The notes under the pieces: generated by a model
What the model saw: the letters and a program-made list of their open reading frames with translations, nothing else
What the model was told of the DNA's origin: nothing
Databases searched by the model: none
Source: Hormiphora californensis
Taxonomy: Eukaryota > Animalia > Ctenophora
Direction: 5' to 3'
Assembly: GCA_020137815.1 (NCBI GenBank)
Contig: CM035350.1
Span: 2,914,001 to 2,978,000 of the forward strand
DNA length: 64,000 nt
Shown: positions 21,296-38,184 of the stretch, in pieces
How positions within the stretch are numbered: the stretch's first letter is position 1
Layout: every line of letters starts with the position of its first letter
Translations under genes and position numbers: made by a program

Positions 21296-22861
21296 ACCCC
21301 CAAAACGAACAGAAAAATATAAACGGAATCTACCAAAAAATAACTTACTTAAAAAGTTTTTTTTTTCCAAAGTTTTCAAAGTACCTTTGTTTTTCCTTTT
21401 CCCTTTTTTTCTTTTACGGCGATTTTTAAGGCACTTGCGACCCCCTAAAAAAAAATAAAAAAAAAAATGCCTAAACATGAGGGTTTTTTAAACGGGGGTG
21501 CCTCAATCTTTTTCTTCTATTATTATAATAGGAGGCAAAAAAGGTAGTTTATGATAAAGGACATCACACATTTGTAAAAAAAAAAGAAGAAAGAGAGAAG
21601 AGAGAGAGAGAGAGAGAAGAGAGAGAGGAGAGAAAGGGGAAGATAGAGAGAAAGAGAGAGAGAAGAGGGAGGAGTGAGTGAGAGGGGAAAAAAGAGGGGG
21701 AAACAGAGGGGAAAAAAAAGGGGGAAAAAGAGAGAAGAGAGGAGAACTAAAAAAAAAATTTTGGGGGAAATCAGGGGGGCTCAATCAAAACTAAGTGAAA
21801 AGGACAGAAGGGGTGAAAGGCGGGGAATAAACGAAAAGCAGAAAAAAGAAAGCCCTACTCCCTAAAAGAGAGGGGGGCAGCAACAAACCAAAAACCCGGG
21901 TTTTTCAAAATGAAAAAAATCACGTTTAAGGAAGGAAATAAACGAAAGAAAATGTAAAAAGGAGAGAAAAATTTTAATAGTAAAACTTGAGAACACCAAA
22001 ACAACTTTAAGGAAAGGAAAACTACTCTAAAAAACGGTTTTTCGTCGGGGAACCCCCCCGGTAGCTGGGGAAAGGTTTCTTGACATGGGGAATCCAAAGG
22101 AAGCGCCCTTTAAAGGGTCCAAAAACCCCCTGCCAGTGGGACAAGAGTCTGGGAAAAGGACAGGGACGTAAGAGTGGTTGTTAGAGGTTTGAGTTTTGAA
22201 AGAAAATGATTTTTAATTTAAAAAGGAGAAAAACCCCAAAAAAAGGAGGGAGGGGAAAAAGATCAGGGAAAATGGGGTGGCCAATCCCCTAAATTTTAAT
22301 CGGGGGTGGGTATTTGGGGGGGGGTTTGTAAATTTCCCATTATTATTAGGGAAGTTTATCCACTCAGTAAATATGCTTCCGGTAAATCGGGGTTCCGTTA
22401 AATGGGGAGCCGTTAAATGGGGAGCCGTTAAATCGGGGTCCCACTGTTAATATACTACTGTTCTTTATGGCAACACGAGACAGTATTTCCGGTTCATTTG
22501 ATAACCATGTCTTATGTGGATGCATCATGTGACCTGTCTAAGAGAATACTTCAACTGCTTTTTATATATCTCGAGCGATATATATTCAGAGTAATGAGAG
22601 AAGTTGAGCTGGGAACCCAACATCTGATTTCAGGATGGTTACATAATGCCAACATCATATGACTATACAAAATGAGAATATGAATTTATCAGCTGACAGG
22701 TAGCATGCTTTAGATAGTTAAGGAGTCTAGACCTAGCCCATCGCAATCACTGCAATCTCCCCTTATTGCTGGCAATATCGTTTTGCAGAGTGTAGTATAA
22801 GTAGTATCACCCCATTTAATAAAAGGTTGATTCCATATGTTTTGCTGTTGTGGATTTCAAA

Positions 22862-24690
22862 CTTCTTCTTCTTCTTCTTCTATTAGGCCGTCTCGACCGT
22901 AGGTGAGATAGAGGGGTGGTACCAAAGTGATTCCTTTCCCCGGCCTGGTTTGGGGGTTTGGATTTGTTAGTCCTCTTCCCCCCGGTTTAACTGTTTCAGG
23001 ATATCCATGAAGAATGAAACAGTCTTGGTGATCGGGAAGCCATTCTTGATGTCATCGAGGGTTAAACCAAGCCGATCAAACCTCTCTTGCCGCTGTTTCC
23101 AGAGAGCTGGACAGTCGGTGAGGAGGTGTTTGGCTGTTTCATTTTCTATGCCGCATAGGCGGCAGGTTGGAGTGTTTGCTAGTTTCATCTTGTGAAAATG
23201 GTATTTAAGTGTGTTGTGCCCAGTCAGAAGCTGGGTTGCCGCTCTCAAGTGGTTTCGGTCCAGTTTCTGGAGCTGTTTGACGTGGTTCGGGTTCCAGAAA
23301 AGATTCATGTGAGCCGTTGGAGCCGTTGTCATTTTTGTCTTCTCCCTGAGGGCCGCATAGGCGGCTTTCTTCGGGATTGGAGGGCGTATGATGTTTTCAA
23401 TCTCTTGTGCTCCCTTTTTGGCGAGGGAGTCTGCTAGTTCATTCCCTTCGTGGCCTTTGTGAGCAGGGATCCACCGTATTTTAACGGTGTTGAAAACTGC
23501 AAGGGCGTTCAGGTTGGAAATGGTGTTTTGGGTGGTTTTGGATCTGCATACGGTGCTATCCAGTGCTTTGATTGTTCCTTGGCTATCGCAATTGATGAGG
23601 ATTTTTTGATTGGCAGTTCCTGTGCCAAGGAGGTGTTTGGTGGTGTTTTGGATGGCTATCATTTCGGCCATAGGGACTGTTGTGGTATCACCCAGGTTGA
23701 AGGCGGCCGAGTGGACCTCTTGTCCATTTTCACGGATTAGGAGGCCCGCGCCGGCGTTGCCGTCAATTCTGGAACCGTCTGTGTAAGCTATTATTGTGTG
23801 ATCGTCCTCTTCCTCTTCTTTGTAGTCCTCTGCGTCCGGGATCTCCAGGGAGTATTCCCGGTCGAGGATGAGTTGAGGGATGGTGTGGTCATGTTCCCAC
23901 TCTGCTGGAAGGAGGCTTAGGCATTCGTCCACTGTGTTTGCGTGGGATGTGAATACTTTTGGTTGTGGTAGCTGTGACACTATACTCCCTTCCCACTGAT
24001 CGGCCGCTCTGAGCGTGTACGCTGTTTTGATGGCGCATTGTCTCAGGTGGTCTACTTTGGGCATGGTGTGGGTGATCATGTCGAGCGCCTTCCCTGGTGT
24101 GCTGGACATTGCTCCAGTTACCATTTGGAGGGTAAGTCTTTGTATTCTTGATGTGTTTATCTTGTTTTTCTGTGTCAGCATGGCATTGGCCCATACGAGC
24201 GCGCCATAGGAGAGCATGGGCCGTATGATGGATTTGTAGATCCACAGCATGGTCTTTGGCGAGAAGCCCCACGTTGGGCCCACCGCTCTCCTGCACTGGA
24301 ATAGGACTTGCTTACATTTCTTTATTTGGGTATCAATATGTTTCGACCAATTTAGCTTGGAGTCCAATGTGACACCCAGGAATTTGGTGTGGTTGGTTGC
24401 TTTGATCTCGTGACCCATTACCTTGATGGGTTCTCTGAGTTTTATGTTGTGACGGTGGGTGAATATAACTGTGTGGGATTTGAGAGCGCTGAGCTTGAGT
24501 CCCACTGATTTGCACCACTTGCTAATGGTGGATAGGCTTTTCTGGGTTGCTTCTCTGAGGGGGTAGATGTCTGCAGCCGCATTGCCTTTCGTTGGAGGCG
24601 ATATAGTCGCGGCTAGAAGGCAGAGGTCATCTGCGAACCCTTGGAGATCACCAGGAATTTTGCCCTTCTTCAGAATAGATGAATAATGAA
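22862..24690 (-). mobile_element. 5'-truncated non-LTR retrotransposon (R1/LOA/I-group): RT C-terminus, RNase H, Cys/His motif, (GAA)n tail
   Basis: Open frame from QGFADDLCLL through KFLGVTLDSKLNW, RNase H YTDGS...AEMIAI...DSQ...WIPAHKGHEGNELADSLAK, and CRLCG..ETAKHLLTDCP; stop at 22967; tail at 22862-22881. Confidence 0.92.
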
Positions 24691-24849
24691 TCCATAGTGC
24701 CGTGTATCCCTGCCTTCAACTTCAACTCCCGAAAAAATCGCTTACGGTGGTGCGCAATTAAATTGTTAAACATCATATTTCATGAAACCGGTTAATTGAT
24801 TTTTTGATGAAGGATCATTTACTATGCGCTAACGTGACGTTACGCGAAT

Positions 24850-27800
24850 TTGACCAGGCTCGAGCTGAGTTACTATTTCAAATCCGAGATTTCCAAACCT
24901 AAATCTGAATCTCAGACGAGAAATTCAATAGCACATATTGTCTACTTGATCATGTCCCTTGATATTCAACAATAAGGGCTCTGATCAGACATGTAGAAAT
25001 TACAACAATCACTAGAATCTCCTACTATCAGTAACTTGATGATTTGTTCAGCTACTTCTCTCAGTAGGGCCTCCTACTATCAGTAACTTGATGATTTGTT
25101 CAGCTACTTCTCTCAGTAGGGTCTCCTACTATCAGTAACTTGATGATTTGTTCAGCTACTTCTCTCAGTAGGGTCTCCTACTATCAGTAACTTGATGATT
25201 TGTTCAGCTACTTCTCTCAGTAGGGTCTCCTACTATCAGTAACTTGATGATTTGTTCAGCTACTTCTCTCAGTAGGGTCTCCTATTATCAGTAACTTGAT
25301 GATTTGTTCAGCTACTTCTCTCAGTAGGGTCTCCTACTATCAGTAACTTGATGATTTGTTCAGCTACTTCTCTCAGTAGGGTCTCCTACTATCAGTAACT
25401 TGATGATTTGTTCAGCTACTTCTCTCACTAAGGTCTCGTACTATCAGTAACTTGATGATTTGTTCAGCTACTTCTCTCAGTAGGGTCTCCTACTATCAGT
25501 AACTTGATGATTTGTTCAGCTACTTCTCTCAGTAGGGTCTCCTACTATCAGTAACTTGATGATTTGTTCAGCTACTTCTCTCAGTAGGGTCTCCTACTAT
25601 CAGTAACTTGATGATTTGTTCAGCTACTTCTCTCAGTAGGGTCTCCTACTATCAGTAACTTGATGATTTGTTCAGCTACTTCTCTCAGTAGGGTCTCCTA
25701 CTATCAGTAACTTGATGATTTGTTCAGCTACTTCTCTCAGTAGGGTCTCCTACTATCAGTAACTTGATGATTTGTTCAGCTACTTCTCTCAGTAGGGTCT
25801 CCTACTATCAGTAACTTGATGATTTGTTCAGCTACTTCTCTCAGTAGGGTCTCCTACTATCAGTAACTTGATGATTTGTTCAGCTACTTCTCTCAGTAGG
25901 GTCTCCTACTATCAGTAACTTGATGATTTGTTCAGCTACTTCTCTCAGTAGGGTCTCCTACTATCAGTAACTTGATGATTTGTTCAGCTACTTCTCTCAG
26001 TAGGGTCTCCTACTATCAGTAACTTGATGATTTGTTCAGCTACTTCTCTCAGTAGGGTCTCCTACTATCAGTAACTTGATGATTTGTTCAGCTACTTCTC
26101 TCAGTAGGGTCTCCTACTATCAGTAACTTGATGATTTGTTCAGCTACTTCTCTCAGTAGAATCTCCTACTATCAGTAACTTGATGATTTGTTCAGCTACT
26201 TCTCTCAGTAGGGTCTCCTACTATCAGTAACTTGATGATTTGTTCAGCTACTTCTCTCAGAATATGCTTGATGTTTATATTGAATATTGGAGCACTCACA
26301 GCTCATACAGGCACCCTACCCACTCACAGGGTAACACCCTAGATCTTTTATTTACTAACTGTCCTGAGATCGTCAGTGATCTAGCTGTGATGGAGAAGGA
26401 CGCACTGTGTGTATCTGATCACCATGGTGGTTCCTTCTCTATCTCAGATACTATATGGGATAGAGACCCAGCAAGGGCAAAGGGCGAACCTATTTTGATT
26501 TTAATAAAGCCGATTGATGTTGCTCTAGCCCGTCTTGACTGGGATAATATTGTTGTGAGTAATGCTAACATTGCTTGAAAGAAGTTGTGTGGTAGCCTTT
26601 TCGAATGTGTTGAGAAGTACATCCCCATGAGACGTCTCAGGGGTTCCTTTGAACCCATGCAGCATCCTACACCAATTATACTCAACAATGTTGAGTCAAC
26701 ATATTGAGTTTCATCTCAAGGAACTCTTTCTGTACAATGACATGCGGCTGTTTTCCTGCGTGAAGCCCTCAGACGCACGGCGTGTGATATGTATTTGATA
26801 TCTAAGAAATGCAAAAAAATTCCGTGCAGTTTGAAACTTCTTCCAATAAATTCCCCAAAATAAGGCTGCTGCAGCATGGTTCCTAAACATTCCTTTACCA
26901 GCTGCCCTGTTCAGCGAGAAGCTGGGGTCAGGCCAAGTGTACCGACTGTGACAGCAAAATTGTTTTACCAGAGTCCTTTTAGCAAAGATCTGGGCAGATC
27001 TCAGTGCTGCACACCACACACAATTCAAAAAGTAGCGCTGTAATTATCTGTTCAGACAGTGAAGTCGTTTGCCTATTAGCTATACTGCAGTCTAGACTCT
27101 GTCGAGTTTTTGATGCGGCAGATCAAGTGTCCGCACGTCTCATAGAAAGTATTTAAATATTACTTTGTGCGTGATCGACATCTGTTTCAGAGAGCTTTAC
27201 TTGGTGCTAGACGTCGGGAACGGATCGAAACTTGAATGGCATTTATGAAGAAAGGCATGAGAGGCACCTGAGTGAAATAGTTCGATAGAAACGAGAGAGC
27301 TCTTTGCAGTTCGATCTTGTACAGCCGCCCTATCGTATTAATTTTGAACAGCATATTTTTTCTAGAATGAAACCTAGGCCGCGCCCTAGCATAAGTCTAC
27401 GCTTATAGGATCACAGTCAATCAAGCTATTTCTATCAATTTCACATTGGCTGACTCTAAGAGAGAACATAGTGTTCTATTCTCACATGCAGTTTACTCTT
27501 GGCCTTTACCATGGATCCATCCTCGAGATGGACGGTATAATCAGAACCGAAACTCACTCCCTCAGAAGTTAGATGTGTCGACACTTGTCCTTGTTGCCCA
27601 GTATTTTCTACTTTATCGCATATTGTAATCGCCGGTTTCACTAAACAAATCGTTTTTTATCTTCTTAATACCCAATTCATCTTTCTCGTAAGAATCGTAC
27701 TACAAAACTCCACAAACTGTCCACGACTTGCAATATAATACACCGGCCCCAAAACCAAGATGAATGAGGTTGGAACTCGATATTAAGATCTGATATTATG

Positions 27801-28330
27801 TGGTGAAATAGTCTCATGTCGACGCAATATAAGAAATCCAATTAATTAACCTCTGCTATGGGGCAGTTGTATCTCGCCGGTAAACAATGCTAGGTCTATT
27901 ATATAGGTGTTATTATAGGCCACGCAGAGAAGAAAAGATTGGATATAATTTTAGTTTCACACGTCTTCTGGTACGTGTTCAGAACTCAATGTGGTACCTG
28001 CAGGGCTATTATTCTGTCTACCAGACAGTTTATATATTGTATTAGATAAGTCAGTTGTTCAAGCAGTTGTTGTGACAACCTATACCGATCCTCAAAATAC
28101 TCCCAACGAGTATTTCAAAAGAATCCAAGGTGTCCAACGAAACATATATCGTTTCATTCTCATATCACGAGAAGAAACACATTGGACTTCGTAGAGGTTT
28201 CAAGCAACGTGTACATTAGTGTGATGCTTTTCATATATCGTATTTCTACTATAGAAAACGTACTACGAAGTACTAACATATCACACGAGGTACCAATTTT
28301 TGTGTGATATTCCTGGCATATGGTGTTCTC
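24850..28330 (+). mobile_element. Decayed CR1-group LINE (endonuclease to RT C-terminus)
   Basis: HPTHSQGNTLDLLFTN...SDHH (APE C-terminal motifs, ~26310-26425); later MLGLLYRC and RIQGVQRNIYRFIL; many stops. Confidence 0.7.
25013..26260. repeat. 52-bp minisatellite, ~24 near-identical copies, inside the decayed LINE
   Basis: Unit tagggtctcctactatcagtaacttgatgatttgttcagctacttctctcag. Confidence 0.97.
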
Positions 28331-29256
28331 ATTAGTTTGTAGATAGCATGTTAAAAAGCATGCACATATTGTACTGACCGTGTAGTTTTGAAGACCATGC
28401 CATGGCGTCCCGTTTAAGGGTACGCTAACCAAATTTTTTTTTCGAGTGCAGGGAAATCTCTCACCGCAGGGTTGTAGGCCATGCCAAGGAGACCTCAAAT
28501 ATGTAATTTTAGCCCTCAAGTCGAATTCATATTTTTGCTACAGCCGTTTTAAAATCGTCTTGAAAATTTCCGAAAAGACGTTTTTGACACCCTAAAAATA
28601 CATTTTCAGGGCTAGAAGCTTAAAATTATGGGGATTTGAAGGGGATAGGAAGGTTTATCGACACAAAAATTTTTATTAAAATCGGTGATGATTTTCGGTC
28701 GTGAGATTGATTTACTTTTTTCCCTCTTAAGGGCCCTATTTAGCAAAGTTCCGAAAGTTTGTGAAGGCTGTAAATTGGTGAAAAGTTGCGTCTAACGATT
28801 ATCTAAGTGGCCACAAATTTTTGGCGTGTCCTTATTTGAGACAAGTTGTACAGAGCTTTTTTAGTGAAAGCCGTTTTTTTAGAAATAAAGAAATAGCCTG
28901 TATCTCAAAAACGACTGATTTTAGAGACCTGAGACCAAGCTTAAACGATTCAGAAGGTCCGATTTTGGGGGGGTCTTCTGAGAGACATTTTTCTCCTACT
29001 TCAACGGTTTTTGCTGTAATTGCGAAAAAGGATTTAGCAAGAAGGTGGAAAAGCAGCACAAAGCAGGCTGTCGGAACTCCTCTTTTGCCTCTTTTGCCTC
29101 TTCAAAGGATTTGTTTTTCGCAATTACAGCGAAAACCGTTGAAGTAGGAGAAAAATGTCTCTCAGAAGACCCCCCAAAATCGGACCTTCTGAATCGTTTA
29201 AGCTTGGTCTCAGATCTCTAAAATCAGTCGTTTTTGAGATACAGGCTATTTCATTA

Positions 29257-30324
29257 TCCATATAATAATTTCCAAAATGTTAGTCCGATAATTGTTTTCT
29301 CCCTACTCCTCCTACAGTTTTTGAGCTAGACCCCTGAAAATTTGTACACTGGTACTTTGGACCAAGGCGGGTGTAAGTACGGGCTCAGATTTTTGATCCG
29401 ATCTTTACAACAGTGACGTCACGGGGTGACGTCATTGCGACAAAAAGACTTACATTTTTCAAACGCTTCTAAGACCCTAAAAACGGCTCTAAATCAAAAA
29501 ACTAACGCAATAGTGGGGAAAGAGAATCGTTTGAACTTCATTTTACTTGATAGCGATTTCCCGTAACTCATTGTTTAAGGGTCGTAAATCGCGTCGGGAA
29601 AGTTAAAAATGCCAAAAATACGATATTTTTCACCGTAGCCACCCAAAATCTTATCCAATCGATATGAAACTTGGTCGTTATGTGAATTTTAATGTCCTTT
29701 GGCCAGGGGTTCCCGGAAAACGGATTGGCAAGATGAGAACTGACCGGAGTTCATATACTTCACGAATTTGGAATTTTTCGTAGACTTTTTTTTTGGCGAC
29801 ATAGGGATCCCTAAAAAAGTTCAGTATTTACACAGAGTTTACACAGTCTTTACTCAGTCGTTACACCCAGAGCGGCGCGTGCTGCGCACAGTGGCTTTTT
29901 CCAAGAAAATATTGGATTGTGTGCTGCACAATTGACAAAATTGAGCGCTGTGGCGAAAAAAGTTTCTGAAAACGCTGCAAATCGAGTGCGAAAGACGCAG
30001 TCGTTACACCCAGAGCGGCGCGGGCGCTCTGGGTGTAACGACTGAGTAAAGACTGTGTAAACTCTGTGTAAATACTGAACTTTTTTAGGGATCCCTATAA
30101 AACGCGAGGAAATTTTCAATGAATTTTAAAATTTTACACTGCGCGCGTAATTTTAGGTTCCGCGCGCGGCGTAAAAAAGCAGCGCTTTTTAGGAAAATTC
30201 GCGCGTTACAGTAAATGATTTACCCGCCTCGCCAAAATTAAAAATTAAACACAAATGTCACCGGTTATATGAGGATAACTTACCATTTACCAGGTCACGG
30301 GTTCCCAGCAAACGGGTACTCTAG
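29257..30324 (+). mobile_element. Non-autonomous Helitron
   Basis: A|TCCATATAATAA ... cccagcaaacgggtactCTAG|T. Removing it restores the host arm (ctatttcattA-Tttctaaaa) with no TSD. Confidence 0.8.
29802..30097. mobile_element. MITE with TAGGGATCCCTA termini and ~72-bp TIRs, inside the Helitron
   Basis: Near-perfect inverted arms; same termini as 48108-48332. Confidence 0.85.
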
Positions 30325-31685
30325 TTTCTAAAAAAACGGCTTTCACAAAAAAAGCTCTGTACAACTTGTCTCAAATAAGGACACGCCAAAAATTTGTGGC
30401 CACTTAGATAATCGTTAGACGCAACTTTTTACCAATTTACAGCCTTCACAAACTTTCGGAACTTTGCTAAATAGGGCCTTTAAGAGGGAAAAAAGTAAAT
30501 CAATCTCACGACCGAAAATCATCACCGATTTTAATAAAAAATTTTGTGTCGATAAACCTTCCTATCCCCTTCAAATCCCCATAATTTTAAGCTTCTAGCC
30601 CTGAAAATGTATTTTTAGGGTGTCAAAAACGTCTTTTCGGAAATTTTCAAGACGATTTTAAAACGGCTGTAGCAAAAATATGAATTCGACTTGAGGGCTA
30701 AAATTGCATATTTGAGGTCTCCTTGGCATGGCCTACAACCCTGCGGTGAGAGATTTCCCTGCACTCGAAAAAAATTTTTGGTTAGCGTACCCTTAATGAG
30801 TTTTTATATTTTCTTGAAGGACATTTTAACTCAATATATGCTCATGACTCATGGGTTGGGTTTTAATTGGTCTGGGTGACTTTTTGCCTTTGAAAGAGTC
30901 TTAACTCTTAGTTTTGCCTTTGAAAGAGTCTTAACTCTTAGTTTTGCCTTTGAAAGAGTATTTGGCAGCTATGCAAGAGGCTTCGTCTTTGGAGTAAGTA
31001 ACGTTTTGGCTTTGTGAGGGTACAAATGATTCTTTGCACTTTATTTGAATAGTGGTTTTTCTTACAGATCGAATTTCTATAGTAAAATGCATGTTACGTA
31101 ATTTATGCAAAATATATGCTATTCATGAAAGTTAAACCGTTTTGTTACCTTTCGCTAAATCCTTTTTCCGTCCACTCGACTTTTCTTCGTCCTGAGGGGG
31201 AGGAGGGGGTTACTAAACCAGTCATACCATTGTCATACCATCACACAGTGTCAACATTACTTAAAATAGACCAACGCATTACAGCAGATCACCCAAATTT
31301 TAAAATAGCAAGCTGGTTATTTGGTAATGAAATAACCCCTCAACGCGAGCGCCATACATACGGCGTAATAGGGGTTATTTCATAACCAACCTGGTTTTAT
31401 ACAGCTTGATCTATATATTTGTCAAAGATGTGTGATTTGGCTGGTGACGTATCCCCTGTTTAAACTTGAAAGGAAACATACGTCACGTTTCATCTCTTAT
31501 TATATTGAGATATTATGCTGAGAAGATGGCCTGCAGTGAGATGGAGGGAGAGATTAATCAGGAAATCATATAATGCGTGAAAGTGGACACAGTTCTGGTG
31601 TTATGTCCACACAGTTCCACATGTTGTAGAGAGTCACATATGCTGTCTAGGCCACGAGAGAGAGTCTGAATAAGATCCTTTTTTA

Positions 31686-31792
31686 TCACTTACTATCTCC
31701 CTCACTTCCTCCACTCACTCTCTCACTTCCCTCACTATCTCCCTCACTATCTCCCTCACTTCGCTCACTATCTCCCTCACTATCTCCCTCAC
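31686..31792. repeat. 12-bp tandem repeat (tcactatctccc)n
   Basis: Direct reading; degenerate copies. Confidence 0.8.
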
Positions 31793-33676
31793 TATGATTC
31801 CTCCCAGTAACACCTCCAGTCGCTATCATTGACCATGCTTTGTCTAAGCCCCCTCTATTGTTTACCAATTACCCCCATCTGCTCTCATCACGCCACAAAG
31901 AGAGCAACTCACTATCTATCATCGCTGGAAAACCCGCTAAGGTGGTGATGTGATAACGAGAGTTAACGCCTGTCACGTGACTGTCACGTGATACTCACCA
32001 TATAACTACCCCACCACAGCTGATGCTGCTGAACCCGCGATAATATACCACTTCTGTTAATGAGCGTCAGAAATAAGGGAACTATTTAGTTTATCTCTTA
32101 GCTTCCTTCCTATAGCCCTTCTGGAACAGTAGTTTGATGCATTGAATTTGGATGAATATGAGACTTCAGTAATATCATTTTGCATTTTTTCCCCGCCCGG
32201 GTGAAGGCTGAAGGCCTTCACCCGGATGCCTTTTGCAAAAAGGCATAGGGGTTTAGAAATCTAAACGGATATAGTGACTATGTGTAGCAAGTCAGCTCTC
32301 TTGTCCCGTTTCAGGTTGCGAGGGGCAACATATAGCAACTAGAGCCGCGCACACAACAACAACCTGCTCCTTCATAAACCACTTCTATGACATGTTTTCA
32401 GGAATTGTGTGCCGCACAATTCCGCAATGTGGCGCGCAATTTAGTGCTACTAAAACATAAGGATTTGTTCTATACTGTTTGCTTGATTTATAAATGATCC
32501 GAAATGCCTGTCCCGCCTTCGTGTTAGAAATGAAAGGTTGGCGGGGAAACATAGCATTATGAAACATAATGCATTTATTCTTGTTAATACTTACCCGCCC
32601 GACATACTTGGTTTAAATTGAAATATTCAGATATTTGTAGTTTATAGGGTGGCCGAAGTCGAGTAGGGTAGGGGTAATGAAGATTGATAGGGTAGGGGAA
32701 TGAAGATTGATGAAACTGTTTGTATTGTGCGACTCAATGCGTTGTTCGGTCTCGCCAAGGTTACTATTAATTATACCCTCCAGCCGCCACGACAGTTTGT
32801 TCTGATTAGAATCAGCAACCTCATATAAATAGAAGTGGAATGAGTTAGACACATATAATATGAAGGGGATGAGTTATTGAGCACCAGTTAGTGGACAGCG
32901 ATCTGTCAGACATGCTGACACATTGTCTCAAGAGGCCGGGGGGGGGGGGCAGCCAGGGGGTAATATCTATCTAAACCACACCTGGTGACACTAACCATAT
33001 TACACAATCCTTTCTTTTGTTATCTCCCTGCGTATTCTAATAGTTACCCACCGCCCCCACACACATGACTTGCCTTGTTCGACCCTCCCTCCCCGCGCCC
33101 CGGTTTGAACAAAACAACACATGACGTGCAGATATGGGGGGCACTTAGAGCTGCCGCCATACTTTAGTGGCAGCCCTCCCATTAACGAGTTTAACATGTT
33201 GTAATTGATTTGATGGAACAACACATCTATGTGTTTGTGTGTGTTTTTTGTTACAGCTCCCAGCTGTGCAGTCTCTCTAACAGCTCCCTTCAGGCCTTAC
33301 TTTAGCATGTTTAGATGAAGTCAATCAAATCGATATAGATATAACTTGGTGGCCCAAACTTGCTAATGCTCATTCTAATCTCTCAGAAAATTAATGGAGC
33401 GATGTGGTTCATAGGTGCGATATAGATCACATCCAGTGCTAATTAATTAATATTAGGCTGTCCAAGAAATAATGTCGCGGGCCGATTTCTCTATTGGAGA
33501 ATCTCCAATATGGCCCAACGATTTCAATAAAAACCTTTTCTAGCTTGTTAATTTAACTCTTGACTTCATAAAACGATGGTCTATTTTGAAAAATTTGGTA
33601 TTTGAGGCACCTAACACGCAATGTATATTATATCCAACGATTTGATTCAACCAGTCATTAATATTATCTAGAGATC

Positions 33677-37344
<3,668 letters not shown>

Positions 37345-38184
37345 AATACATATATTATGCAGAGCGTATTATAGAATTATAGTAGCTAAATGTTTTAGTC
37401 GTGAATTTTCCTGACATTCAGAGTTGTAGTTAATGGTAACATATATAACTTTCCCTTTTCCTGTCACCCAGAATTTAATATTTGCTTTCTTCCCTCATGG
37501 CGTACCTGCTGTATATGCAAAGACCGAGAAGGGGAGATAAAGAATAAGAAGAGATAAAGAGGGAGTGATTTAAGAGCAAGAAAAAGAAGGGAATGGAGAG
37601 AAAATATAAATCAGAAAGACACAAAGGAATGAGCAAGAAATTAAATAATGATGCACAGAGAAAAATATTATAGAGAAAAAGACAATATTATGTATGCAGA
37701 GTAAAATTTAATCATTTTTTCTTGATTTTCAGCAATAATTTCAGATCGTTTAAGAGTGGGGGACTTAGCTTTTATAATTAGTGATACGATTGTGAACAAA
37801 ACGATGAAACATGTAAATGAGCAGTTGAATTATTCCAAATAAGGTCAAATGACCTCACCATTTTGTTACTGAATCCCCTCTCTATGTTTGTCTTCCCTTT
37901 CTCTCTCTGTCCCCCTTTATTTTCTCTCCCTTCCTCTGTTAACAAAAAAGCGTTTGAACGCCATCGAAATTGTCCCGAGATTCGAGAACCCGAATTATAC
38001 ACAGACATTATTTGCTGTGGGTGTGGAGCTGGAGTGTGGTAGCGTTTTAACACTATAAAGGAGTAATAAACCCCTCATCCACCATTCACCATAAAAACCT
38101 ACTTCTTAAAATCTTAAAATATGTACTACTTTGTATTCATATCGTTGAATTGTTCATGCAGAGCACGGACACAGTTTCATGCGA

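Larger units (their letters stand above)
28418..30792. mobile_element. Kolobok-like non-autonomous foldback element (TTAA TSD, GG...CC ends, ~610-bp arms)
   Basis: TTAA|gggtacgctaacc ... ggttagcgtaccc|TTAA; left arm 28418-29028 pairs with 29115-29256 plus 30325-30792. Confidence 0.85.

Noticed and set aside
19150-22380. Homopolymer-rich, low-complexity DNA (also ~12230-12660 and ~13880-14880) with Lys/Phe-rich ORFs
   Set aside because: Where a comparison exists, these are distorted versions of clean repeats elsewhere in the window (28418-30792, 61567-61807, 14900-15645), so low-quality long-read consensus is more likely than novel sequence.
25013-26260. Regular repeat arrays as CRISPR (also 9572-10270 and 34545-36049)
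   Set aside because: Head-to-tail tandem units with no unique spacers, no cas genes, eukaryotic context.
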